From: Octopus bimaculoides
Taxonomy: Eukaryota
DNA length: 60,795 bases
NCBI RefSeq assembly: GCF_001194135.2
Contig: NC_069002.1
Location: 8,468,143-8,528,937, forward strand
Reading direction: 5' to 3'
Position numbers and translations under genes: made by a program. The notes below the pieces were generated by a model. It saw only the letters and a program-made list of their open reading frames with translations, was not told the origin of the DNA and searched no databases. Shown here one piece after another: positions 12,603-26,769 of this stretch (position 1 is its first letter; each line of letters starts with the position of its first letter).

Positions 12603-12777
12603 TTATTTTGGTTTGGCTCAGTTTTGGTCTTATTCCTGGTAGGATTTATGTGGATAGCGGTCTGCTACCCGTAGCTTTAGGTATCCACAAGTTTTCAGCA
12701 GTCTTTCAAGTGCAAGTTACACTCCTGTTAATTCTTGCTGTCCTTAAGAGACAAAATTTCTGTAGGAGCTCTACCGG
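12603..12777 (-). mobile_element. 3' end of an R4/Dong-like (RLE-type) non-LTR retrotransposon
   Basis: Minus frame PVELLQKFCLLRTARINRSVTCT* (12777-12706) resembles the conserved LLQK.CLLGTARI.RKVL* C-terminus, followed by a ~100-nt 3' UTR ending in AATAAT. Confidence 0.5.
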
Positions 12778-14203
12778 GAGGCGTTAAATCCTTTTATTAT
12801 TATTATTATCATTGTAAACAGAAAATAACATATTTACAAGAGAATCGATTACGATATTTAGTTACATTACTTTGAAATTTTTGCTGATATAGCGACTACA
12901 AAATTTTGCTGAACAGTAATTTCATTCAGAAGGCTTCATTTTCTGTGCTGGATCTCTCACGCTAATGCAAGAGAAAACGAAAGTCTTTCGATGACTAAGG
13001 AAGCCATTGACTGACCGGATTTTAGAAGAGGTTCTAAGATTGGAAACTGGTTGCATGGAAAGGTGTGTATTAGAGACAGGAACATTATATATATATATAA
13101 GAGAGAGAGAGAGAGACTGTGTATGTGTGTATATATATATTTGTGAGGGCTGCAGAAGAGTAGTTTTTCGACGTGAATGTACCTGATTGCCATGTTTTAT
13201 TGCAAATGTGTCTGTGTGTTTATGTGTATGCTGACTGCTAACTAATCAATGGATGGTGACCACCTAATGAGCTGCTTTGAGATACAAGAGCGAGGAGATA
13301 CGTATGTCTATATAGGATCTATTATATGAGTAAGTGTATGTAAATGTATGTGCATAGTCGACCGTGTTTCATTAGATTTTTATGTGTGTTTGTGTATGAT
13401 AGTATAGCGTATTGTTATATGTCTGTAATACATTTCTGTTATATGTACAGGTCCGTGTGTGTATGCAGAACTATGTCTACCGTATTTTAATGCGAGTGTG
13501 TGTGTGTATATGATAGAAGCATTGATTTGTTCTTCCGCATGTGTCTGTATTAGTGTGTTCGACCTCTTCCTCTCTCTGTCTGTAATAGAATACCAGAGTA
13601 TCACGTAATCTGTTTCTAATACTCATTTGTCGCTCCTTGATATAACAATGTATAACATCACTTCACCGTGTGTCACATCGCCGCCTCCATTGTTTTCACC
13701 CCGCCTCCTTCACCTCTTAATTCTCCTCCACGTCCACCGTACGCTTCTATTTCTTCTCCTTCACCTTGCTCTTTCATATCCTTCTTCACTTCCTCCACCT
13801 CCTATTTTTCTCCTTCTCTTCCACCTTATTATACTTTTCCTCCTCCTTCTTCGACTTCTCCTACTACTACTATTACTTCTACTCCTTCCTCCTCTTCTCC
13901 TGTGCTCGTCTTATGCAATACAAAAGTCATGATGATGATGTTGTTGTTGTCATTGCTTGTCCTTGTCTGTTATCGTCCTTGTTCTATCATCACATTATTT
14001 GAATAGGTTCGTCAATTCCGGAGAGAAGCTGGCAGTCATTTTTTTTTATTTAATTTTATTTCTGTACAGTGTCATGTCTTTCACTTTGTTATCCTTAGTA
14101 AAAGCATTTCGAGAAAAAGAAAAAAAATTATCCACAGACATGTATAGCTTGTACTTGTGAGATTATGTGTGTGTTTATAAGTGTGTGCGTTTGTGCGTGT
14201 ATG

Positions 14204-14235
<32 letters not shown>

Positions 14236-14403
14236 GAAAGAGAGAGATGCATACCTTAATATATACATATACCTAAATAAATGTATACACGCATGTATGC
14301 TTGTATATGTGCATATATGTATATATATACACATATCTTTAAATACATATGTGTATATATATATATATATATACCTACATATAAGAGGAAGAAAGATAGT
14401 GTT

Positions 14404-14620
14404 TATCTGTGCGTGTGCTCCACTGTCTTCCTACAAAATAATGGCGCTAACCACAAAGCGAGGTCCATTTCAAGACTTCTTCACTAAATTCAAACGGTCA
14501 ATAGGTTTTTCTTAGTTGCTCTGTTGGGGTTTCTAATTCATTGATTTTACTACATGGCCAATGAAATGGTAATCATTAGTAATGGAATTGGTGAATAGAT
14601 GTGGCTGGCACCAACTGTAT
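14404..14620 (+). repeat. ~215-bp interspersed repeat, copy 1
   Basis: Near-identical to the reverse complement of 26555-26769 (about ten differences by eye). Confidence 0.9.
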
Positions 14621-14711
14621 TCACTTCACACATATGTACAAATACACTCGCATAATCACACACAACTATTCATAGAAAAGTTGTATACATACATACATGT
14701 AGACACATGTG

Positions 14712-14748
<37 letters not shown>

Positions 14749-15244
14749 ATACATATATGTATGTATGTATATAGATGTGTGTATTTCTATACACATACAT
14801 ATGTACGTATGTATATATATGTATGTATATATATATATACACACGTATATGTCTGTGGTGAGGATTGTGTGGTGGTGCATGTACGCGTGTCTTTGTACAG
14901 ATGCATACTCATATATAAATATTATTTTGTATGCATATATAAATACATGCATATNNNNNNNNNNTGTCTTTGTACAGATGCATACTCATATATAAATATT
15001 ATTTTGTATGCATATATAAATACATGCATATGTGCATACATATATATCTATGCATGTTCGTACAGAATTGCTTGCACGGATGCTGTCTCAGAAGGTGCAA
15101 AGCAATATTCGTCACACTATTTGTATTTGTTTGCTTCTGACTCCATATATATCTCCTTCCATTAAAAGCACTCTCAGAACCGCTCCGCCACACACATACA
15201 CGCACACAAATATATACAATTACTCTATTATTCTATTACCTGCT

Positions 15245-15390
15245 TCAATCATTTGACTGCGGCTATGTTGCAACACCTTCTTTAAGGGTGTTAGTCGAAG
15301 TAATTGAACCCTGGCATTATAATTTGTAACTATAATACTTATTTTATCGGATTCTTTTTGCCGAACCACCAAGTTACGAGAACGTATACA
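15245..15390 (-). mobile_element. SINE family B 3' half
   Basis: TCATTTGACTGCGGCTATG...TAGTCGAA...TTTTTGCCGAACCACCAAGTTAC. Confidence 0.7.
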
Positions 15391-16804
15391 TATCAACGAA
15401 ATTTGTTTCATATTACATCAAAACGCTTCAATTGAAGAAAGTTTATGTTAAATAATGTTGTCAGCGATACACTGTACATAACGGACTGTAAGCAAATTTT
15501 ATCAGTGTTCACGATCAGAATTGAACTGTGGCTAAATGATAACATAGCCCAGCTCTTAACTGTCTTTATTCTATGTGGTTATTCCTTAACTCATTGCGTA
15601 TCATTACGTCTGCCTCAGTCTCTTTAAGTCACTTCAGAATAGTTCATGTTGCATGACTTGGAACATAATCTTTCAGACTTCTCTTTCCATAAACTGATCG
15701 ATCGATTCTCACTTTCCACCGTATGTACACGTTAAAAATGGTTTGTATGATCAGAGAATGAATACCTCGCCAGGATAGAGAGAAAGAAAGAAAGAAGAGA
15801 ATTGAAGAAATGATAGTGGTTAGAAACAAGCTTTCGTCTTGCAGTCATTTATATTTTTATTCCAGGAAATGTCAGTTTCAATTTCGTTTCTCATACTTAA
15901 CACGTTATTGTGAACGCATACATGCACTCACACATACACACATATACGTAATATAATAATAATAATAATACAGTTAATCCAAATATTGATATTTCGAGCG
16001 CATTTAATGCAACTCCAATCCATTATAAGCTAGCCAATCTTTCGTTTACACGGATACTGTCACAAGATTTTGAAGAGGTTTTGTTCTACTGGACCCAAGC
16101 CGAAAACGTCTGGGAAACTGCTCTACATCTAAGCATCACAGGATATATATTTGTATGCATGTATATATATATATATAGTATATAAAAAGGGAAATTAGAG
16201 AGGATTGGGCGAAAGAGTATAGAGTAGAGTCGTATCAAAAAGTTTAAGATAAACTTACTTGGAAATGGATGCGCGGCGTTCAGTTATGTAATAATATAAA
16301 TAATATATATATATGCATATATATATTATTTATATTATATAGATAGATATACAGATAGATATGCGAACACACACACACACGCAAACATCTAACGAAATCT
16401 ATATATTTAATGTGCATGCCATTCTATATATATATAAACTAGTAGTAGCCATAGAAATTCCATGGTTATTTTGAATGCTGTAAATTTGTTGGAAGTTTGT
16501 ATACCATATGAAATATATCATTTCTTTTGATACAGCATTTTGTTTGGAAAATTTGGTTTTTGAGTTGATATAGTAGCCAATATTGACAGTATTGAATATA
16601 CAGTCTTAGGTGACAACCACTCTGACATGTTGTCATCACCTCTTCCAAGGAATTTGTTGTCTATTCTTCTTTCTTTTTTGTTCAATTTTAGACAAGTAAA
16701 CAATTTTAACGATGAAGTGAAACCAAAGACAAAGGTTTTCTATGAGACTATTCTGTAACTGTAAGACTGTGTTGATAATACTTTCACAACTAATAGTAGA
16801 CTGG

Positions 16805-16905
16805 GCAGTGAGCTGGTAGAGTTGTTAGCAGGCTGACCAAACTGCTGTGCGGCATTTCCACCGGCTGTACGTTCCGAGTTCAAATTTTCCTAAAGTCGAT
16901 TATCA
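16805..16905 (+). mobile_element. SINE family A 5' fragment
   Basis: GGCAGTGAGCTGGTAGAGTTGTTAGC...CGTTCCGAGTTCAAATT. Confidence 0.7.
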
Positions 16906-17344
16906 TCTTTTAAAGGGGTGGCTGTTATTACATATGTATCAACATTTATATATAAATATATATGATCTCTATGAATGTTCGTATGTATATTAGTGTATTT
17001 AAAACTGGAAATGAAGTTTATCTAATGTAATACAACGGTTCGACAAGTACACATGCAAAAGTAAGTGCCAAGCATTGAAATAATTACTAAGATTGATACG
17101 CTTGAGCAAACCTTTGGAAGCAGTGCTGCTCTAGCTTGGCTATGATCCAAAATGCGGTAAAGGGGATAATAAAAACCATGCTTAATTAAATTTATATATT
17201 ATTACAACTGCAAAAATTACCGCATTATAGTTACACAAATGTTTGACACAGCTTAGTATTTAGTTATATCTTTGACTTATGCTTAGCTTTTATTTGTGAA
17301 TACACACATATATACATGTATATATATGTACATATGTACATGTG

Positions 17345-17376
<32 letters not shown>

Positions 17377-17414
17377 CATACGTATATGTATATATGTACA
17401 TATATATATTATAT

Positions 17415-17745
17415 AATTGAACGTTCCCTATATACCCCTCGTCCTGGTCTACTGACTCTCCATTTTTGTTTTTGTTCCCAACTTTGACCCTCCATAAATC
17501 CAAATTTTTATTTTGGTATTTATGGGAGCAACTGTCTTCGAAGACTCATATTGTCGTTGAATGCTCGAAATGAGGAGTAGATAGACAGCCGACAACTAAG
17601 GAAGGGTCGTTATTTATGTTACTTGTCTTGTTTTCAATGATTTTGTCTCGTTTATATATTTAACTCATTTGTTTTCGTATCTCGTGTTGTTTACTGTTGG
17701 TGACGTCCTGTACTCATATACTGGCAAATACAGATATATACATTT
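17415..17745. mobile_element. (TA)n-flanked interspersed repeat, probably Penelope-like remnant
   Basis: Non-repetitive block starting at a (TA)n run; I recall a similar repeat from octopus genomic DNA. Family assignment is unverified. Confidence 0.35.
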
Positions 17746-18461
17746 GCTTGTATATACAGAAAATTTTACATGCTTCCCGTTCCTGTAGCGAAATAATTAT
17801 TTTATATTGTAAGATAAAATTCAAATGTACTTAAATGAACACAGTATGTGTAAGATAGAGAACGAGAGGGGGAAAAAACAGAAGACAATGTGAGAATAAG
17901 GAAATCAGATAACTAAAGTAACAGTGACGCCATAAATTTTCCTACGTCGACATATTTTCTTTGCATTTTGTTCACGTTTTATTCTCTCGTTTTTCTCTCC
18001 TTCATTCACTTTCCCTTTCTCTGTATCTACGAGCTGCATTACAAAAATCTTTAGAGGTTTTTAGCTGAAACCGTTATTACAGTGTTAGGTTTCTGTAATT
18101 TCAGAATATCATTACTATGCATCTAATAATCTGACCTGCCAGCTTTTGTAATTGCAGGTTCTAGGATATGGCTGTAACAATCCTTTGAATACACCCTTAT
18201 AAACACTGCTCCACACAACTGACTAGTTTGCAGAATGCAATTGGGGCGTGAAGAAAATTTGAAAGCTCGCCGTGTAATAAAGTTTTGTATTAAACTAAAC
18301 AGTAACTGAATAGAAACCAATGGAATGATTCAGATTCTTAATAATTAACTTGTTTGGAGCCGAGGATCTGTTTTCCTAAGCACAAAAGCTATGTTTCCAC
18401 AGAGTGATTCAGGAAATTGACAGAATAGTTAATATGCATTTATTTATTTATCTTATACATG

Positions 18462-18610
18462 TTACAGTCATTTGAGTACGGCCATGCTGGAGCTCCTCCT
18501 TGAAGGATTTTAGTCGAACAAACCAACCCGAGGACTTTCATTTTTAAAGACTAATTCTGTACTTATTCTATCAGTCCCTTTTACCGAACCGTTATGTAAC
18601 ACGGACATAA
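18462..18610 (-). mobile_element. SINE family B 3' half
   Basis: CAGTCATTTGAGTACGGCCATGCTGGAGC...TTAGTCGAACAAA...TACTTATTCTATCAGTC...CCGAACCG. Confidence 0.75.
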
Positions 18611-21600
18611 ACACACACATACATACATACATGTATGTATATATATATATACATTTTGTTAGTCTGATGTATTTATGTTAGCAGAGAGCTTTCAAAAAAT
18701 TTTGCCCGGATTGTTAATCCTTAATTTATAATTATATACACATGATGCATATATATATATATATATATACACATGTATGTATGTAGTTATATGTATACAT
18801 TTCCGTATGACTATAAGAGAAAGAGAGAGTATGCAATAAATGGAAATTTACAAATAATGAATCCTAGGTGTTTGCAATATATTTGTATTTTAGAAAATTT
18901 CGCATGATTTAATAAGACGTTTATGACTGTTTCGATGTATCCTGCACATTGGTGATAATATTATACGCACATCGAAACAGCTATAAAGGTCTGAATATAT
19001 CACGTAAAATTACACAACAATTCATGTAAATATTCCATACGTTTTTGATTGTCTGTTCTTCACTGTTTATTGATATTCGTTTATTGTTATTCTATCCATT
19101 TCACCTGCTTTTCTTTGTGTGTGTAACATACCTGAAAAAGCTGGATTTTTCAGAATTTGAATATCCTGGCATTAATCACGGTGAGTATCTATTTCGGAGT
19201 AAGCATCTTTACACCCAATGTAGAGACACACGCAACCTCATACATCATCGATTTTCTGGATTCTTTTAACCAGGTCTGTTCACCATGGTCCAAGGACTCT
19301 AAATTAAACAAATATTAAATTTACTTAAATAATTCAATCAAATACAGTTACCTATACATTAGTGTAAATTATTGAGGGACATAAGTCTTTCCGGATTATC
19401 AATGTCCAGAAAGTCGGTGTTGTACTCTGCATATGTGTGTGTGTGTGTTTTGCTAACGTCACGTCTATAGGAGCTGTAATTTGGTTACCCACGGGCTGCC
19501 TTCAACTCTTTGTATCCAAAAGTTTTTTCAGTCAAATATCCAATATTTACATTGTAGATTCATGAGCTTTAAGGTCGATCCACCATTCCAAACCAGAATT
19601 ATCTTTATAGATATGTATGTGCATATAAGTATCCACACACACACTTATATATAAGTGCGTATGTTTGCATGCATGTATGTATATGCATGTATATATTCAT
19701 ATACATACTTTACTGTTTGTTAATTAATGAGTACCAAACATATTGCATAGTATATATCATGAAAATCAAGCCAAGAGAGGAAGAATACAGTTATACACAC
19801 ACAAACTCACTCACACACAAACACAAAATTTATGCAGATATTTTTCGAAGTGTATTTCCATACACATGTGGAACTTTCCTACTTCAGATCATGTTCCTAT
19901 CAAGATTTATATTCATATGTATGCATGATAACTTTCTTGGGAAAATGGATATGTTTTTTTCCTTGATTCTATGTATACATATATGTTGATAACAGTGTAT
20001 GTATTTGTTTATGCGCGTGTAGGAGATAGAAAGTGTGTCTGCGTACGTGGAGACAAGAAAACATATGTTTGGAAGTTTATATGCATGTGCACAGCATATA
20101 ATATAAAATCCATACATGGATTTATTCATATACTCATGAGCATTACTAGAATCAAATTTATACCCGTATCATAAAAATCAACCATGCTGAAAACATCAGG
20201 TTTCTTATGTAAGAACAAGCTTCTGCATTGAATACAACAGACATTTATTCTTAAAAGCGATGTATGTATTAAAAAAAATTTCTAAATATTTTTTCCATAT
20301 TTTGTACGCTTTTATTCCTTCATATCGTATATTTATTCTTTAATATTTCTACCTCGATATTGTAGCTGGGAGTAGATGTGGGTGGATATTTTCTCTCTAT
20401 GTTGTTTTATCTGGCTTTGCATTAAAATGTAGCTGAGAGCATGAATACAGGTTAATATTGAAGCGATCGGCGAAGGATATTCCTGTTATTGCTACGATTA
20501 CTGAATGAACTGGTATTAATGCTTAACATATCATAAGAAAAAGGCATGAACGTTACAAAATCCCATTCATTCTCCATTTGAAATAATTTTACAAAACCGT
20601 GTTGTTCTGGTTACGTAAAAGCAAATCAATACCATGTCAGAAGTCTTCAGAATTGGTTAAACATAAAACAGCAATGTTAGAAAACTATATATCTTTCACA
20701 CAGACATGCGATGATAGAAGCACATCTTGGCGTTGTTACATTATAAATCTTACAAACCAATATTCTTTGAATGATCTCTGTGGAATGATTTCTCAAACAC
20801 CGACGTGCGAAGAATTCTTGTCTTCATTGACCATGCCACTTAACATATAATTTCACTATCTGTACGCTCTTCTGCGTAGGAGCTGTGTGTTTCCATATAC
20901 GCATATGCAAATAAGAATATATACAGAACTACATATAAAGTCTGTATGCGCATATGTTTATATATATATAGTAATATATTTATTCCCTTCAGTGGCAGCC
21001 ATATGATGTAATTCTTATATAAATTTTATATTTCTATTTCATTGCAATTTTTTTTATTCTGTTGCTACGAGTGGAAGTATATGAACATACACACGTACGT
21101 ATGTATGCATATATGTACGCATATAGATAGTTATGTGTATGTATGCATTTACACACACACACACACACATATATATATGTGTACGTATGCATAGATATGT
21201 ATACATATTTCATAAATATATGTGTGTGTATGTGTGTCTGTATGTCTATTTTAAAATATGTCATTATCAAAAAATATAAGAGTATATTCACCAAAACTCA
21301 CACGCTATAATTGTGACCCTGATCAGTTGTCCTGGTACAACTTGTTCAACTACCAGAGTGGTTAGATTAGCTGGTATCATAAAGCGTAGATAGTACAACA
21401 GTTGCTCTGGAATTCTTAACCCGAAGTAGTCTGGGTGGGTGAATTAATGATAAGTAAATCTTAAGAGGGGCTTTTTGTTTAAAAAGTTTACATGAAAGTG
21501 TTCAAAATAGGTAGTAAAATAAATGTATTATTATAGGCTACCAACCCGATACTTCGGTGACACTCATCTTTTTTCTTGTGAATGTATAAATAGATATGTA

Positions 21601-21710
21601 CTCTACAAATTGTTTTCTCTAACTCTTCAGTTCAACGTTAAACTGTTTTCGTTTAAACTGCACGTAGAAACTAACATGCATGCATACATACATATGTACG
21701 TATGCACTAC

Positions 21711-21768
<58 letters not shown>

Positions 21769-24103
21769 GTTTATATATAAGTATACATACATATATATCT
21801 ATATACAAATATTTTTCTCCAAGGACGGAGTTGAGCTTCTTGGAGATTTCATACGAGTCATCCAGAACTTTGATCACTCGGGAGACATGAAAAGAAATCA
21901 AATGATGATTGATTTTCCACACCTGCGACAGGGAATTCGCCAGATACAAGTGATAAACCACAGGATGAAACATCAAAGAATCGAAATATCTCCTGTTTAT
22001 TTTGAAAGAAACCGACAACAAGGTGCAGTCTATTTATTTCGAATGATTTTCATTTATATATGATTGGTTATATAAACCTTCAATCGATTTATATTATAAC
22101 GCCACTCCTTTCTTTTATAATGTATCATGAGAAGCAATTATATTAATGATTCTAATTTAAGTTTTGAACAAGCTCTACTTCTGAAAACAGATTCTCTATA
22201 CTGTCTGTCAGGCTATTAGCGGCGTGATACTTGATCCGATGCTGATACGCACGGTTCTGGAGCGACACTTTATTCGTCTGTTGCAGAGGGGTTGGTGATC
22301 GGAGACAGTAGATATCAATGCCTCGAGCAATAATGACAGCTGAGACACAGTAGAAACTGAATCCTCGTTTGAGTATTTGAAATGTCTACCTTACTAACTT
22401 AACGTATACTTGCGACACTGTACACTACGTTCTTCGTAGTTGTCTATGCTAAATGGGGAGATAAGTGGAAGCAATCTTAATTGTACAAGTTGAGACGTAA
22501 TGGTTCCGATGTTGGTGGACACGAACAAGAAGACAGAAACAGTTATGTTCAAGACACTACACTTGATATTGAAATTAGTAGCGAATGATTATGGTTTCGA
22601 TTTTCAGACCAGGCACTGCGTTGTGTTACAAAACTATGTATTTCATTTTACGTTGCGTCAGTCAAATCAGCTGTAATATGTTCCAGCAATATCTCGGAAG
22701 TTAACCATGAGACCGATTGGCATCTGGTTCAAGGAGTGAGGAAGTAACCTCAAACCATCACAAGCCATTGGAACCAGCTTAAAATCCGACCATATCAGTT
22801 TAGGTCTCATGGGGGACGTAACTGACAGGAACATTCTGTTGCTTCAGATCTTCTATTTGAGGTCATTAGAGACGCTGATTTCGTCATAGCAGTGCTCAAG
22901 AAGAATCTTGTGAAATCTGATGTTCTTCGTAAATGCGGTAGCATTTATTCAGAAAGGTCCGACGTATGGATGAGTGCCAGAACCATAATTCTAATTGAGA
23001 TAAAAACTCTCTGCATTTAGAAAAGCGGTCTGTAAGTAATGGAGTATTTTGTACTGAAAATCGACAAACTAATATTCGCAATAACAACAATGGCTTCTGA
23101 AAGAACAAAAGATGCAAGAATACAACCCATTTGAAGAATCTCTGAAATTCTTTGGTGATAAATACTCCCATAAATACAACTTTGATGATCATAGAGGTTG
23201 AAAGTGCCGTTTAAAGTCAATTAAACACTGTGTTCTAAGCAGTTAGATAATAATAATAATAATGATGGACGTAACGTTCTATGTTAAAAAGTGTAAAACG
23301 ACTCACTTCAAAAGTGAAAGTTAATTATACAGCGATATAAAACAGCTGAAGCTACTTCAGTATGAAAAGCAGACGACAGAAGCAACAAGAACAGCAGATA
23401 ATTGAGCGCAGGAAGGACTCCAGTTCTGAAGAAATGAGAGTAGATAGTTTGTGAAAGTGAGTTACAAGACCAGAGGAAAAGAAAAATGCGGGTGTTTGAG
23501 TTGCAAGAGATAGTGGCAATATGACGAAAGGTGATTTTCTCTCTGAGCCTGGCAAAAATGCAATTTCATTATGGCGGCGGTCATAAAATAAATTAAATAT
23601 AAGCGATGAATGGCAATATCTCTTGCGATAAAGATGACGTGTTTTTTTTGTTCACTGCTCCTGTATATGTATGTGTAAGGATACAACTATACGTGCGCGT
23701 AGACATACGTACACACACATACATATATACATATATATAAGTACGTATGTATATATTACTCTCACGAGTGGACAGACATCATTTCTGTACGTATGTATGT
23801 ATGTATGTATGTATGTATCTACTAATCTATCTGTCTGTCTATGTAAAAAGGTAGGTCGATCGGTAGGTAAGTAGGTACGAGGCTGGGTATGTAGGTATGG
23901 CTGTATGTAAACGAGTGAGTGAAAACACGAAGCATATTTTCAATAGTTTCAATCACAGTTGACTCAGCCCCATAAGCTTTATGGCAGCTACAGAGACACA
24001 GAGGGAGAGAGAAGTAATAAAGAAGATAAACACAGTTAGGCTTGATACATATATTTACGTGGAACACATAAGATACAGAAATGTATACATACTATATGAT
24101 GTG

Positions 24104-24135
<32 letters not shown>

Positions 24136-24363
24136 ATCCTTTATATTGAACACTCAATATTTCATATATTCAATAAGACATTCAATACTTTACTTCATAG
24201 TACCATCCATTTTTATTTTATATTATATATTCCATATTCTATATCTCACATTGGTTTTGCAGGAATATAAATAAACAGACAGTGTTGGAACTCTTTTAAA
24301 AAATATAATATATTCCTCTATACACAATCATACAAAACCCCTTTTTTTGTATTTATTTTTACT

Positions 24364-24398
<35 letters not shown>

Positions 24399-24554
24399 CT
24401 ACAGGGTGTGATAATTAGTTGCCATTGTATATTTTTAAATTTGTAGAGTGAGTAGAGTACCGTCTGTGAGAAAAAACAGCTCCATTACCCCAGTTCACTC
24501 TGCCAGAAATTCAGAAATCAAACATTCATTCAACATCATAGAGTTTGGAGTGAT

Positions 24555-24809
24555 CTCACCTAAATCCCAGGCTCCTTCATTAGAATTTCAACATCAACAA
24601 CAGGATATTTTTGTTTGTATGTAAGTATGTGCTAATTTGTATGTTTTATGTATGTGTTCTACAGTTGCATGTCTAGACTTGTTCATATATATTTAAATGA
24701 TAAAGATCTGGTAAGTTTTACAGATTTTTACAGTTCCAGTGATGGATTGGATCTGTCGTCAAGCCTTTCTGGTTTTGAGAAGCTTAATTCCTCAAGATTG
24801 ATATTTAGG
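24555..24809 (+). repeat. Unclassified dispersed repeat (MITE-like), copy 1
   Basis: Shares TTCATT(A/G)GAATTTCAACA..., ACAGATTTTTACAGTTCCAGTGA and TTCTGGTTTTGA blocks, in the same orientation, with 29728-30003. Confidence 0.75.
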
Positions 24810-25024
24810 CAGTGTGTCACATATCCCTGTATGTATGTATGTATGCAAACTAGTGAATGAAAAAGCTAAGCGTATATGTAGATATATTTTTAATCGAAGC
24901 TTGACTCCGCTCCACATCTTTTGTGAGCTCGTAGGAAACGTACGTTTCTTCACATGTTAGTAGCTCCTAGCATTTGTCGAGATTCACTCAAACTGCTATT
25001 AAATATTTATCTACACACACACAC

Positions 25025-25061
<37 letters not shown>

Positions 25062-25584
25062 TGGGTGTATGTGTATGTATGTACATATACATCTGTATGT
25101 GTCTGTATGTATACATACATATGCATGTACGTATGTATGTATGTATGTATGTAATGCTTCCTTTTTCATCTTATTCGATTATTTGCTGTAGGTCTGCCTT
25201 TATAATAGGTTCATTAAATTGATATTTGAAATTCCTGATGTCAACGTTGTCAATAATGTTGATGACGGTGATGAAGTTTTTTGGTGGTGGTGGTAATGTG
25301 ATTCAATTTTTGATGTTGCTGTTGTTGTTATCTTTGTAGACATCAAATGATCGACAGCGATTCCTCTGTTATAGAGAGAGTCGATTTAAATGTTCGTGGT
25401 TAGATGTCTGGCTCCCGAATATGTCGGTTTTCTGTTAATGATGTCACTAGAACACAGCATAGTAACACACTGTAGTGCTTCAACCTATTCCTTTGAATGC
25501 TACATCTTAAACGATTGCATTTCACAACACTACACCACCTCAAACAATATCACTTCACACTCCAAGGCGTCGAACAGACAGAAT

Positions 25585-26035
25585 CGTTAGAAACGCCGGA
25601 CAAAATGCTTAGCAGCATTTCGTCCGTCGTCACGTTCTGAGTTCAAACTCCACCGTGGTCGACTTTGCTTTACATCAATTAAAATAAGTACCAGTGTAAC
25701 ACTGAGGTCTACGTAATCTACTTAACCCCTCCCCTGAAGTTGCTGGCCTTGTGCCAAACTTTGAAATCATTATTATTAGCAATTCGTCTGTTCAAATACC
25801 CCCTTGATTGATTTTTTTCTTTTAAGGCCGCAAGCTGGCTGAATCGATAGCACGCCGGGCGAAATGTTCAGCGGTATTTCCTATGTTGTTAGGTTCTGAG
25901 TTTCAAATTCCGCCGACGACTTTGCCTTTCATCGTTTCAAGGTCGATAAATTTAGTACTAGTCGAGTACTGGGGTCAATGTAATCGACCCAAATGTTAGG
26001 CTTTGTGCCTATAGTACAAAGGATTATTATTATTA
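25585..26035 (+). mobile_element. Two SINE family A copies
   Basis: Heads at ~25585 and ~25822, central GACTTTGC(C/T)TT..CATC domain, tails ending in (ATT)n. Confidence 0.85.
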
Positions 26036-26554
26036 TTATTATTATCATCATCATTCAGGCGGCCAGCAAGAAGAATCGTGGTCATCGTCGAAAACGAAGG
26101 AACGACAAACATTTCATGCACACAGACACATGTTTATATACATCTACGTATATACTTAAGAATATGTATTTGTATTCATGTATATATGCATATAGGCTTG
26201 CATGTACGTATCCGCAACTAATTTTTAAGTAGATGTGAAGAGTAAATTCAGGGTCTATTTAGTTTTTCCTTTGCATATGTCTACTTATCTTAAACACAAC
26301 ACACACACACACACACACACACACAGAGGCTCTCACACAGGGGGATGCGTAAGCACATATATAAGAATATATGTGTGAGTGTGTGTAATTTACAAATATA
26401 CACATGCATATGTGTGAATATATATATATACGTGTATCTATGTATGTATGTACAGAGACGCACATACATCGGAATGTGTTTGTGTATGTCCATGTGGTGA
26501 GTGGTATACATCTGTCTAAATGTGTATGTATGCATGTGTATGTGCGTGTAGTGT

Positions 26555-26769
26555 ATATAGCTGGTGCCAGCCACATCTATTCACCAATTCCATTACTAAT
26601 GATTACCTTTTCATTGGCCATGTAGTAAAATCAATGAATTAGAAACCCCAACAGAGCAACTAAGAAAAACCTATTGACCGTCTGTATTTAGTGAAGAAGT
26701 CTTGAAATGGACCTCGCTTTGTGGTTAGCGCCATTATTTTGTAGAAAGACAGTGGAGCACGCGCAGATA
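26555..26769 (-). repeat. ~215-bp interspersed repeat, copy 2 (inverted)
   Basis: Reverse complement of 14404-14620. Confidence 0.9.

Noticed and set aside
14888-15030. ~65-nt direct duplication flanking the 10-N gap (and ~35 nt around the 11212-11221 gap)
   Set aside because: Typical unmerged contig overlap, most likely an assembly artefact.
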